The notes under the pieces were generated by a model. That model was given only the letters and a program-made list of their open reading frames with translations, was not told the DNA's origin and did no database searches. This document shows positions 16,916 to 25,992 of a stretch of 64,000 nt of DNA, piece by piece. Each line of letters starts with the position of its first letter. Within the stretch, counting starts at the first letter, position 1. The DNA is taken from contig JADGDU010000014.1 of the NCBI GenBank assembly GCA_016744705.1, forward strand, positions 22,820 through 86,819, read 5' to 3'. The position numbers were made by a program, and so were the translations under genes. This stretch comes from Candidatus Krumholzibacteriia bacterium. GTDB taxonomy: Bacteria; Krumholzibacteriota; Krumholzibacteriia; LZORAL124-64-63.

Positions 16916-19900
16916 TTAACGAACAAGTGTAATTTTCTGTTCTGCAGTGGTTTGCCCTGATTTTGCTTTAACCAAATACACACCGCTTGCCATATTTCTG
17001 CCCTCATCATTTTGTCCATTCCAAGTCAGCCCGTGGCGTTTTCCGGTGGGAAGAATGCCTTGGAAAAGAGTCCGGATCTTGTGGCCACGAATATCAAAAA
17101 TTTCTATGAGAGACTGGCCGGAGGAAGTTTGAGGCAAGTTTAATTCGATGGTCACCCGAGGATTGAACGGGTTGGGGAAACAGCGCAAGTTGAGGTTTTG
17201 GGGAGCCGGGACATCGTCGGAGACGGCACTGATATGGGTGCTTCCGTAGTTGGTTTCAGTGTAGGAAACAGTGGCCTGCATAGCAGAGGTATCTGCATTG
17301 CGAATTTGCAGGAAACGGTAATTGTTGGGCGAGGGAATGGGCAGTGCAGAATCGCCGGGTTTCCAGCTTTCCCATTCGATAAATGACAGGTCATCGTACC
17401 AGCTGTAGCCGGTGTTGGAGGCTGGTGGTTCGTGTCCGCAACGCATTTCAAAATACACGGCGTTGTCAGGGGTTTCGAAATCTCGCCATTGGCGAACCCA
17501 ATCGGTGGATCCGTCCAAGGGGGAAGCCAGATCATATCCGGCTATGGGTGTTTCGGAATACCGGTCGCCATAAAAGCGAACCATGGTGCGGGCCTGGTAG
17601 GCATTGTCGGTGCGCAGCCAGGCCACGGCTGAATGTTGTTTGCTCGGGTCGCATGGCAGGTGTTTTTCAAGGTCGGTCCCGGTTTGGTCTGAAGCGTTGT
17701 CAAAGCGGCGCAAGCGCAGGCTTCTGTCTCCGCTGTGCACGATATCGGTGACTAAGGTTTCATCGTCGGTGTTCACATCCCAGGGGTCGGCTCCTTCGTC
17801 TTCAAAGCCACCGTGCCAAAGAATCTCTCGTCCCCAACGCACTTCCACAGCGCTGCTGATATCCATGGCTGATAAGTTGCCCATGCCTTCCAGTTTCAGA
17901 GGAGCTGAAATGGCGTACCCGTCGATATCTGTAAGAGAGACAGTGGTTTCTGTCGTGGTTAAGGTGGAGTCGATGCCCGCGCGACTGAGGTGAATGCGAG
18001 CTTCTTTCTCTTCCTGCATGGGGACCACGAGAGCATTCATGGGGCGGGAGTAATCGGCCAATCGCCCAATGATCTCACGGCTCAGGTTGCCGCTGACAGG
18101 TTCGGGGATGAAATGATTGATCCAGCCCGGAGTGAAACGGTAGCCGGTGATGCCGGTTTTTTCAATTTCGAGGGTCAGCACCATGGAAGGCATGGTTTCG
18201 GGATAATAAAGATCGAAAATGAAATTGCCCAAACTGTGGGCGATGAGTTTGCCGTTGTAAGATTCGAAGCCTTGCAGGACGTGGGGATGGTGGTTGATCA
18301 AAACATCGGCGCCCAGATCGATGGCTGCTCGGCGCAACTGGCGTTCGCCTGGAGAGGGTTCGTTGCGAAACTTGAATTGGGGGTCCCCTTCATGGATGGC
18401 GGCCGCTTCGGTGGGCAATGGGGAAGACGGTAATCCGGTAACAAATCCATCGGGGGTGGGAGCAGTTTCGTATTCGTCACCGCTGTGGGTTTGCACAATG
18501 ACCACATCGGAGAGAGGCCGTGTGTAATTGATGGAGCTTTCCAGATTTTCAGGCAGAAGGTAGGCGAAACCAGGCTTGTCGTATCCGGCGTCCAGAAATG
18601 GTTGAAAATTCCAAAGCCGGCCGGTGCGGTTGGACAGACCGAGGAAGCCAAGGCGCACTCCTTTTTCAGTCCAGAACGTGGGTAGCAGGGCCATGTATTC
18701 GGTGCTGCCTGCGCCGCTGTAAAGGATGTTCAGATTGTCCAAACTATCCATGGTGTCGAGCATGCCAATTTCACCATAGTCGACGATGTGGTTGTTGCCC
18801 AGGGTGACGACATCCACACCGGCGTAACTGATGCCGGTGATATTTTGGGGCTCGCTGCGGAAGACAACACTCTTGGTGGGGTGGGGCACACCGCGGTCGG
18901 TATACGGCACTTCGAGGTTGGCTACGTTGACGTCTGCCGCCTGGCCAAAGATTTCCAGAGTGGGGGTGTAGAGGGCTTCGATACCATAAGTGTCGATGAG
19001 CCCGCCGTTGTCTTCATAGCGGCGGCCGGTGAAAATGTCGCCTACAAAATTCACTGTCAGGGGGCCCTCTGGATCACCGGGGGAGACGGCAATCTGGCAG
19101 GTGTCGCCTGCGGCCATGAAGGTGGAATCGAGAACTTCCAGACCCACGGTGTAGGGGTGGTCGGCGTGGACTAGAAACTCGTGCATGGGATTTTGTTCGC
19201 GGGAAACGGTGCTGTCACCAAAATCCCAGGCCCAGGTGTGAGAGTCGGAATCCGGGTCAAAAACTTCACCGTGAAATTGCACTGAGAGGCGGTAGAGTTT
19301 GTCGGAAACCTTCTCCTGATCTTCCACGGTATACAGTATACGCGCCATGGGGGCTCGGGGTTGGTCTTCGGTCACATCGGCTATGGCATCAAAAAATGTG
19401 ACACCAGGGGAACTCGAATCGGCATCATTGACATAAATCAGTTGGTTCAGGTCGGGTTGGTATCCAAAAACCGTCTCCCAGTCACGACCGATAGGTAAAA
19501 GGTATAAGTGCCATTCATTACGCGAGTAAGCTCCCTGGTATACTGTATACCAGTTGGTGTTTTCGGGTAAATCACGACCAAAGAAGGTATAAAAGAGCTG
19601 ATTTTGTCCATCACTGATGCCAAAGGCCTGCATCTCTCCCAAATTCTCACCTGAGACGGCGATTTGCCAGACGGTGGTATCTGCCACGGACACTGATGAG
19701 ATGGTTTGGGTTTTCCAGGTATTGCCAAAAAGACGCAGGCTGGATCCGCTACCACCATAAGCATTATCGGTGGTGATCTGCCAATCGTCAGGTTCGATAT
19801 CCTGGTCAGAGTAAGACTTCAGAGTGGGTTCCAGGGTATCAAAGTTCTCGATGATGAGCCCACGGTTTTGGGCTAAAGCCGGGGTGCTAAACACCCAGGA

Positions 19901-19945
19901 AAAGCATCCCAGAAGAATCAACAAAGGGAGAAAAATTTTAGCCAT
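16916..19945 (-). CDS. CapA/PGA-capsule-type metallophosphoesterase-domain protein with a T9SS type-A C-terminal sorting domain
   Basis: Signal peptide. The central GDIFTGRRYE...TLGNNHIVDYG...ADVLINHHPHVLQGFE...HSLGNFIFD block is CapA-like. The last ~85 aa (FPNPFNP.VTIELNL...IFDIRGHKIRTL...SGVYLVKAK...KITLVR) form a T9SS CTD. Confidence 0.8.
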   Translation of the reverse strand: MAKIFLPLLILLGCFSWVFSTPALAQNRGLIIENFDTLEPTLKSYSDQDIEPDDWQITTDNAYGGSGSSLRLFGNTWKTQTISSVSVADTTVWQIAVSGENLGEMQAFGISDGQNQLFYTFFGRDLPENTNWYTVYQGAYSRNEWHLYLLPIGRDWETVFGYQPDLNQLIYVNDADSSSPGVTFFDAIADVTEDQPRAPMARILYTVEDQEKVSDKLYRLSVQFHGEVFDPDSDSHTWAWDFGDSTVSREQNPMHEFLVHADHPYTVGLEVLDSTFMAAGDTCQIAVSPGDPEGPLTVNFVGDIFTGRRYEDNGGLIDTYGIEALYTPTLEIFGQAADVNVANLEVPYTDRGVPHPTKSVVFRSEPQNITGISYAGVDVVTLGNNHIVDYGEIGMLDTMDSLDNLNILYSGAGSTEYMALLPTFWTEKGVRLGFLGLSNRTGRLWNFQPFLDAGYDKPGFAYLLPENLESSINYTRPLSDVVIVQTHSGDEYETAPTPDGFVTGLPSSPLPTEAAAIHEGDPQFKFRNEPSPGERQLRRAAIDLGADVLINHHPHVLQGFESYNGKLIAHSLGNFIFDLYYPETMPSMVLTLEIEKTGITGYRFTPGWINHFIPEPVSGNLSREIIGRLADYSRPMNALVVPMQEEKEARIHLSRAGIDSTLTTTETTVSLTDIDGYAISAPLKLEGMGNLSAMDISSAVEVRWGREILWHGGFEDEGADPWDVNTDDETLVTDIVHSGDRSLRLRRFDNASDQTGTDLEKHLPCDPSKQHSAVAWLRTDNAYQARTMVRFYGDRYSETPIAGYDLASPLDGSTDWVRQWRDFETPDNAVYFEMRCGHEPPASNTGYSWYDDLSFIEWESWKPGDSALPIPSPNNYRFLQIRNADTSAMQATVSYTETNYGSTHISAVSDDVPAPQNLNLRCFPNPFNPRVTIELNLPQTSSGQSLIEIFDIRGHKIRTLFQGILPTGKRHGLTWNGQNDEGRNMASGVYLVKAKSGQTTAEQKITLVR

Positions 19946-20004
19946 GTGGAGGTCAACATCCTTCTAAAAATGGAGCAGTGTGATTTCACATTACCATAAA
20001 ACGA

Positions 20005-20715
20005 TCACGAAATGGTCCCTTTTAGATATTTCAATCTCAGCTCTTCAGGGAACTTTTCAATGGCGTATCGAAGCATGGTGCGGGGCATGGTGTGGAGGTG
20101 ATCCCGCAAAAAAACTTCTTCCGCTTCCCGGTTGCGGTTGCCAATTTCGCGCAACATCCAGCCGGTGATTTTGTGGATCAGATCATGTTCGTCATTTTTA
20201 AGGATGAGAGCAATGGACAAAGCATCAGCAAAATCATGCTGACGGATGAAGTGAAGAGTGGCCATCATAGCGATGCGTTTTTCCCACAATGAATCTGAAA
20301 CAGCCAATTGGTGAAGCAGGTCTCGGGGCCGATCCTGAAGCCAGGGGCCCACAATTAAATAAGCGGAAGAATCCACTAAATCCCAGTTGTTGATGTACTC
20401 GGTATTTTCCAAATACAAGTTGAAGATGGCTTGCTGGTGCTTCTCGTCGCTACGGGGAAATTGCCAAACAAGAACAAAGAGAGCCAGCAGGCGTTCTTCA
20501 TGAAAACGTGAATGCAGGAGGCTGGTGATTTGTTTCAGGGTCAGTTCACGGCACTGTCTGGCCATTTTTCTGGTTTCAGGAACGCGGATACCGAGGAAAA
20601 TATCTCCCTCGCCATATTGCCCAGGTGCGGTTTTAAAAAATCCCTGGGCGTGAGCTGCTTTATGAGGATCGCCAAGAGAGATCATCTCTTGGCGAATATC
20701 CTTTAAATTGGCCAT
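20005..20715 (-). CDS. DNA alkylation repair protein (AlkD-like, HEAT-repeat)
   Basis: About 236 aa. NNWDLVDSSA and WEKRIAMMATLHFIR blocks are typical of the DNA_alkylation family. Confidence 0.8.
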   Translation of the reverse strand: MANLKDIRQEMISLGDPHKAAHAQGFFKTAPGQYGEGDIFLGIRVPETRKMARQCRELTLKQITSLLHSRFHEERLLALFVLVWQFPRSDEKHQQAIFNLYLENTEYINNWDLVDSSAYLIVGPWLQDRPRDLLHQLAVSDSLWEKRIAMMATLHFIRQHDFADALSIALILKNDEHDLIHKITGWMLREIGNRNREAEEVFLRDHLHTMPRTMLRYAIEKFPEELRLKYLKGTIS

Positions 20716-20721
20716 AACTAT

Positions 20722-21300
20722 CTATCGGTAAAGGCTTTTGATGCCACCCAAGGTGGACCCTGTGGTGGGAACAGTGCAATCTCCATAAATGGTAGAGGAG
20801 GGGCCATCGCTTCGACTGACTCCAGCTATCATCAATTCTTCGTTTTCCAGTAATAAAGTGGGGAAATCTGGGTTAATGGAGCTTGGAGTGGTGCCGTGCA
20901 TGTAGAAATCCACAGGGTCGCAGCCATCATCATCCATGTACAAAACAGTGAGAGTAGCCAGAATATTGGCTTGCGTCATGGACGTGGGTTCGCCAAACCC
21001 GACGATGTTGTTACCAATAATACCAACATCGATGACTTGCGGGTTAGTATAAATCATGGATGTAAACAGAGCCGTGCCATCCATGTGGAAGCCCACCTCG
21101 AAGCCGTACAAAAATTCAAAGGTCGGGTTCACGAGAGTCAGGTACATGGTGACGCTGGAGAAGGGGGGAACATTATAGATGGAATAAACATCCGCGTCTT
21201 GATCGAAGTAGAATCCCATCATGTTGTCGCCTGGTTCCACAACGGCAGAAGAAGATGAAGCGATCAGCAGGAACGATAAAATTATGAACAGTTTTTTCAT
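20722..21300 (-). CDS. Small secreted protein ending ...TTGSTLGGIKSLYR
   Basis: ATG at 21300 after GGAGAAAATC. Signal peptide MKKLFIILSFLLIASSSSA. No known domain. The C-terminus shares the K-x-[ML]-Y-R tail. Confidence 0.65.
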   Translation of the reverse strand: MKKLFIILSFLLIASSSSAVVEPGDNMMGFYFDQDADVYSIYNVPPFSSVTMYLTLVNPTFEFLYGFEVGFHMDGTALFTSMIYTNPQVIDVGIIGNNIVGFGEPTSMTQANILATLTVLYMDDDGCDPVDFYMHGTTPSSINPDFPTLLLENEELMIAGVSRSDGPSSTIYGDCTVPTTGSTLGGIKSLYR

Positions 21301-21533
21301 GATTTTCTCCCTAAAAATGATGAATGTCCCATGAGGCTCCATTCCAGATGAATGTCTGAAAACACTATCCCCCAAGCCTCAAGCTCTAGAGTTTTGCACA
21401 ATTGAGATATTAGGTCAATGATGACGCCTCAAACCAGGGAGGACTTTCGGGCTGGATTGGTGAGGTGAGTTGCCATACCATAGTTGGGAACACACAATTT
21501 AATCAGATCTTTCACAATTCAGGAGTTCTTTCC

Positions 21534-21827
21534 ATGACGAAACCCTTGACCATCGTAGCGACCATCCAGGCCTTGCCAGGCCATGAAAATGACGTCGAAA
21601 AAGCCCTTTTAGAGGTAATTCCACCCACTTTAGCTGAACCCGGCTGCATCCAGTATGATTTGCACCGTGATCTTCAAAAAACGGGCCTTTTCCTGTTCTT
21701 TGAGAACTGGTCTACCAGGGAAGAATGGGATGCACATATGGAATCGAGTCATTTGGCTGCCATGAAAAAAGCGACCGACGGAAAATTGGAAGAAACGATC
21801 ATTTTCCAGATGGCCAAAGTTGATTAA
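21534..21827 (+). CDS. Antibiotic-biosynthesis-monooxygenase (ABM)-fold protein
   Basis: ATG at 21534 after AGGAG. LTIVATIQALPGHENDVEKAL...FFENWSTREEWDAHMESSHL is the typical ABM/YgiN pattern. Confidence 0.75.
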   Translation: MTKPLTIVATIQALPGHENDVEKALLEVIPPTLAEPGCIQYDLHRDLQKTGLFLFFENWSTREEWDAHMESSHLAAMKKATDGKLEETIIFQMAKVD

Positions 21828-21850
21828 TAGTAGAATTGAGGATGGTGTTT

Positions 21851-24190
21851 ATGAAAAGACCCTGGCTTGGCAGTATCGCCACAACCCGCCTGTCCCTGTG
21901 GATCGGGTATGGTTTGCTGGGTTTGGTGGTCATTTCGGCGCCGGTGCTTGCTGCAAAGTTGGCGACCGTCCTACAAACGTCCCACTGGAGGCAGGTCACC
22001 GATCCGGTTTACCCTTTGCCTCCAGAAGAAGATGGTAGCCATGTGGTTTCGCTCACGGGCAGCCGGCCTATCAGTTTGGCCTCACCCCACCCGGATTTTG
22101 TACGTGTGGATGAATACACATTTAGCACACGCTTCCCCTGGAATTGGGATGGCGCCCGCACCGTCGTCTTTGCTGATGACCTGGGCGAAGAAACCACAGT
22201 GGAGGTGGCCCCTGGTTTAACGGTGCCCTTCGCACCTCTGGATCACGAAATCCCTGTGTTGCACATCTCTTGCGACTCCACCGCTCTCTGGGATCCCGCT
22301 GTTGGTATTTATTGCACCGGAAATTCCGAAAACTTCCTCCAGCGTGGATCCGACTGGGAACGCTCGGCCCGTTTTGAGTATTATTTACCCGGCTCAGGAA
22401 AAGTCATTGATGAGCCCATCGGTTTACGCATTCATGGGGGTTATGGGCGGTATTATTATCAAAAAGGTCTGCGCTTCTATTTCGATGATTATGGTAGCAG
22501 CGACCTTCTCAATTTTCCCTTCTTTGAGAGTGGCCCCACTCTTTTCGAACGTCTGATCGTTCGGGCCAGCCGTTATGACGACGCCTGCATCAATAGCAAT
22601 TTGGCGGAAACACTCTTCGCCGATTTGGGCCATCTGGCCAGTCGATACCAATTTGTGGCCCTCTACCTCAATCAGGAGTATTGGGGCGCCTACAGTTTGC
22701 GCGAACGTCTGGATGACGAATTTTTTCGAAGCACCTGGCAGCTGGGTTTTGGTGGTTTGAACATCATCAAGGATGGAGAAACCAAATATGGCAATGGTGA
22801 TAGTTGGTGGGATTTTCTGGAGAGCTTTTCCCAGGTTAACAACCCCAACAATGATCAGTGGTTTGATTCAGTCAGGACCAACCTTGATCTAGCCAGCTAT
22901 ATAGACTGGCAAATCATCAACATGTTCTGTGTAGCGGGAGACAATGGCTTTGCCTGGAATTTAGCCTTGTTCCAAACGGGTCAGGAACCCTGGCGTTTTG
23001 TAATGTGGGATGAAGATCTTTTGTTTGATTCCGACGATCTGAATACCAACATGTTTCGCTTTTTCACCAGCCGGAACGAAGAGGAGTGGAACCAGTATCG
23101 CGCCCCATCGGATCTGCGGGGTTGGAGCGCAGAAGACCAGCAATGGATGACCATGTTCCGCACTCTTTTGGGCAACGAAGATTTCCGCGATCTCTTCCGT
23201 GGGCGCCTGGAGCATCTGCTGGATGGGGCCATGAGCACGGACAACCTCATAGGCCGGGTCAACGGCCTGGCTGAAGACCAAATCCCCGAAATTCCAGGCC
23301 ATGCCCAGCGTTGGGAAGGCTTTGAAAGCCATTGGTACGAAAGTAACTTAGAGCGTACCCGTGGGTGGATAACGGAAAGACGCCCCCTATTCCTGGCCCA
23401 GGCCGATTCCTTTTATTCTGAATTTTCCATGCCCTCCCGATCCACGGATTTCACCGGCCTTTTCATCAATGAATTCTTAGCCAGCAACAACTCTTACGGT
23501 CAGGACGAAACCGGAGAATATGCCGGTTGGGTAGAGGTCTACAACGGTGGCTCTGCCGCCTTAAATCTGACGGGGTTGCACCTGACCAACGACCCAAATC
23601 AAACCACCAAATGGGAGTTTCCTGCGGTCATCCTGCCGGTGGGTGAGAGGTTGATTGTCTGGTGCGACGAAGATGCCGGCCAGGGTCCCTTGCACGCCAA
23701 TTTTGGGCTCAACAATATGGGTGGTTCCATTGGTTTGTATGGCCCTTTGGTCTTTGGCAATGAGGCCATTGATACCCGTGAATACGGACTGCAAACAACG
23801 GACGTGAGCGAAGGCCTGACCAATGATGGCGGCCACCTGTGGGCGGCTCTGGATCCCCCTACGTTCAACCGGGCTAACGGCGATTCCACCGATGTTCCGC
23901 CCTATGTGCCAGGAGGTGTGGTGTTCAATCAGAATTTCCCCAACCCGTTTAACGGGGGCACAACTCTGGAGTTTGGTCTTCCCCAGAGCGGTCATGTGCG
24001 CGTCAGTGTGTATGATGTTCGTGGCAGATTAGTCGGGACGATGGTGGATGAAAACCGGGCTGCGGGAATTCATTTGGTGCAGTGGGCGGGAGAGGATCAT
24101 TCTGGCCGGCCCCTGCCTTCAGGGCTGTATGTGGCTCGAATGCAATTTGGCGGAATAGAGAAGACCCGAAACATGACCTTGGTGCGTTAA
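21851..24190 (+). CDS. CotH-kinase-family protein with a lamin-tail domain and a T9SS type-A C-terminal sorting domain
   Basis: Signal-anchor at the N-terminus. CotH-like core (HGGYGRYYYQKGLRFYFDD...YLNQEYWGAYSLRERLDDEFF). LTD (INEFLASNNSYGQDETGEYAGWVEVYNGG...LHLTND). CTD (FPNPFNGGTTLEF...VSVYDVRGRLV...SGLYVARMQ...NMTLVR). Confidence 0.8.
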   Translation: MKRPWLGSIATTRLSLWIGYGLLGLVVISAPVLAAKLATVLQTSHWRQVTDPVYPLPPEEDGSHVVSLTGSRPISLASPHPDFVRVDEYTFSTRFPWNWDGARTVVFADDLGEETTVEVAPGLTVPFAPLDHEIPVLHISCDSTALWDPAVGIYCTGNSENFLQRGSDWERSARFEYYLPGSGKVIDEPIGLRIHGGYGRYYYQKGLRFYFDDYGSSDLLNFPFFESGPTLFERLIVRASRYDDACINSNLAETLFADLGHLASRYQFVALYLNQEYWGAYSLRERLDDEFFRSTWQLGFGGLNIIKDGETKYGNGDSWWDFLESFSQVNNPNNDQWFDSVRTNLDLASYIDWQIINMFCVAGDNGFAWNLALFQTGQEPWRFVMWDEDLLFDSDDLNTNMFRFFTSRNEEEWNQYRAPSDLRGWSAEDQQWMTMFRTLLGNEDFRDLFRGRLEHLLDGAMSTDNLIGRVNGLAEDQIPEIPGHAQRWEGFESHWYESNLERTRGWITERRPLFLAQADSFYSEFSMPSRSTDFTGLFINEFLASNNSYGQDETGEYAGWVEVYNGGSAALNLTGLHLTNDPNQTTKWEFPAVILPVGERLIVWCDEDAGQGPLHANFGLNNMGGSIGLYGPLVFGNEAIDTREYGLQTTDVSEGLTNDGGHLWAALDPPTFNRANGDSTDVPPYVPGGVVFNQNFPNPFNGGTTLEFGLPQSGHVRVSVYDVRGRLVGTMVDENRAAGIHLVQWAGEDHSGRPLPSGLYVARMQFGGIEKTRNMTLVR

Positions 24191-24196
24191 AAAAAA

Positions 24197-24241
24197 CCTG
24201 CCAGTTTCAAATTGCCAAATTGAGCAATCCACACTGGCAGG
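24197..24241. terminator. Possible bidirectional terminator between convergent genes (9-bp stem CCTGCCAGT/ACTGGCAGG, long loop)
   Basis: Inverted repeat read in the sequence, flanked by an A8 run on the left. It lies between the stops at 24190 (+) and 24255 (-). Confidence 0.3.
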
Positions 24242-24254
24242 GTCCCATCTCTTC

Positions 24255-25700
24255 TTAGAACCGATTCCATAACATTTGGTTGGTCACTTCATGGTGGAAC
24301 ATGATCTCCGCCCGTTTGATGCGGTTGCCCAGTTCGCGGGGGCATCTGTGAGCGGCCATTTCCTTCAGTTCCAGATATTTGATATGACTGTCCTCGCCCA
24401 TGACCTTTTTGAGCCAGGCGCTGCGCCGGTGTTCAACCATGGCATCGTTAATGTTGCTGGGCAGCAAACGTTTGCGGATGCGTTTGGGTTTTGGTGCATT
24501 GGCGTCAGGTTCAGGGCCTTCCAGGCCGGTTCGCAACAGGGAATAGATCAACAGGTAGGGATTCGAGTCCGGGCCTACAGAGCGCACTTCCAGGCGCTGG
24601 CCTGCGGGGCTGGCGTAGGGAATGCGGATCATGGAGGTGCGATCCACAGCACTGGAATTGATCTCATTGGGAGCTTCAAAGTTGGGGTCCAGGCGACGGT
24701 AGGCATTCACGCTGGCGTTGAGAATGAGGCAAAGATCTTCGGCGCTGTGCAAGATTCGCCGGATGAACTGTTGGCCACTGTCGGACATGCAATTTTCGCC
24801 ATCAGCATCGTAAAAAGTATTCTTTCCATTTTGGGAAATGCTGATGTTGGTGTGCATACCGCTGCCATTGATGCCGGTGATGGGCTTGGGCAGGAAAGAG
24901 GCGGTCATGTCCATGGTTTGGGCTACCTGACGGCACAGGAGTTTATAAAGCTGGATGCGGTCGGCGGCAATTAAGGCCGGAGCATATTTGTAGTTCATTT
25001 CGAATTGAGAAGGCCCCACTTCGGGGTGATCTTTTTCATTCTCAAAACCCATGGCACGTTGCACTTCGGCGGCGGCATCGATGAATTTGCGCAGGGGATC
25101 CTGGGGCAGGCTGTTGAAATACCCGCCCGAAGAAATAAGCTCGAAGTTTCCGGTGCGGTAGAATGTACGTTCAGCATCCCGCTGGTTAAAAAGAAAGCCT
25201 TCGGTTTCGGTGGCGAAGTTGGCCACGATGCCTTCGTTGCGGTACAAGTCACGAGTATAGGCCAGCAAACGACCCCGGAAATCGGACTCGTAGGGCTGGC
25301 CATCACGGCCCAACACATGCCCAAAAACAAGCACCTTGCCAGGGCCAAAAATATCTGCAGGCATCCAATAAAAAGCCCGCCAGTCGATTTCCAGCTGCAG
25401 GTCACTTTCGGCAATTTTTGTGAAGCCGCGGATGGATGATCCATCAAAAGTCAGCTGGTCAGAGGACAGTAGGTATTTTTTGTCATAATCCAGCATATGA
25501 AGACGGCCCTCAAGGTCGGTAAAGGCTACGGTCACCGCCTTAATACGCTTTTCGCTCTCCAGATAGCTGCGCCGCTCCGCTTCCACTTTATCCATGGGGA
25601 TCCATTGTTCCTGGTATTCTTTGGACTGAAGATTGAGTTCTTCCAACCGTTCATAAGGGATTTCCAAAAATTCACGCAATGGGGCATTGGACATATTCAT
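24255..25700 (-). CDS. Glutamine synthetase family protein (catalytic domain intact)
   Basis: The KPITGINGSGMHTNISI motif, a beta-grasp N-domain and a ~480 aa length. The N-terminus differs from canonical GSI, so the subtype is left open. Confidence 0.8.
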   Translation of the reverse strand: MNMSNAPLREFLEIPYERLEELNLQSKEYQEQWIPMDKVEAERRSYLESEKRIKAVTVAFTDLEGRLHMLDYDKKYLLSSDQLTFDGSSIRGFTKIAESDLQLEIDWRAFYWMPADIFGPGKVLVFGHVLGRDGQPYESDFRGRLLAYTRDLYRNEGIVANFATETEGFLFNQRDAERTFYRTGNFELISSGGYFNSLPQDPLRKFIDAAAEVQRAMGFENEKDHPEVGPSQFEMNYKYAPALIAADRIQLYKLLCRQVAQTMDMTASFLPKPITGINGSGMHTNISISQNGKNTFYDADGENCMSDSGQQFIRRILHSAEDLCLILNASVNAYRRLDPNFEAPNEINSSAVDRTSMIRIPYASPAGQRLEVRSVGPDSNPYLLIYSLLRTGLEGPEPDANAPKPKRIRKRLLPSNINDAMVEHRRSAWLKKVMGEDSHIKYLELKEMAAHRCPRELGNRIKRAEIMFHHEVTNQMLWNRF

Positions 25701-25992
25701 GGGAAGGGCTTCTTTCGGGATAGTTGGACATGTGTAGTTTTGGTTGATTGGCTATTATAACACAATTGTCGACAGAAATAACGCTAAACTTAAATAAAAA
25801 ACCTAGTTTTGCCGTAAAAGCCTTAGCGGAACGCCAGACGGGCCCCGTTTTAAGCATAGTTCCCATTGCAAAATGCATGAAGTGAATGGCTAATTAAAAC
25901 TAGAACTTCAAAATTGTGGAGAAAAATGGTATGATATGTAGCTTCCGCAGCCTCATTTCTCCATTTGGAGAGGATTTCCTGAAGGGACAAGA

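Noticed and set aside
17383-19174. Multiple 120-150-aa forward-strand ORFs inside the 1009-aa CapA-like gene
   Set aside because: They are antisense shadows. The minus-strand frame is continuous for 3 kb with recognisable domains.
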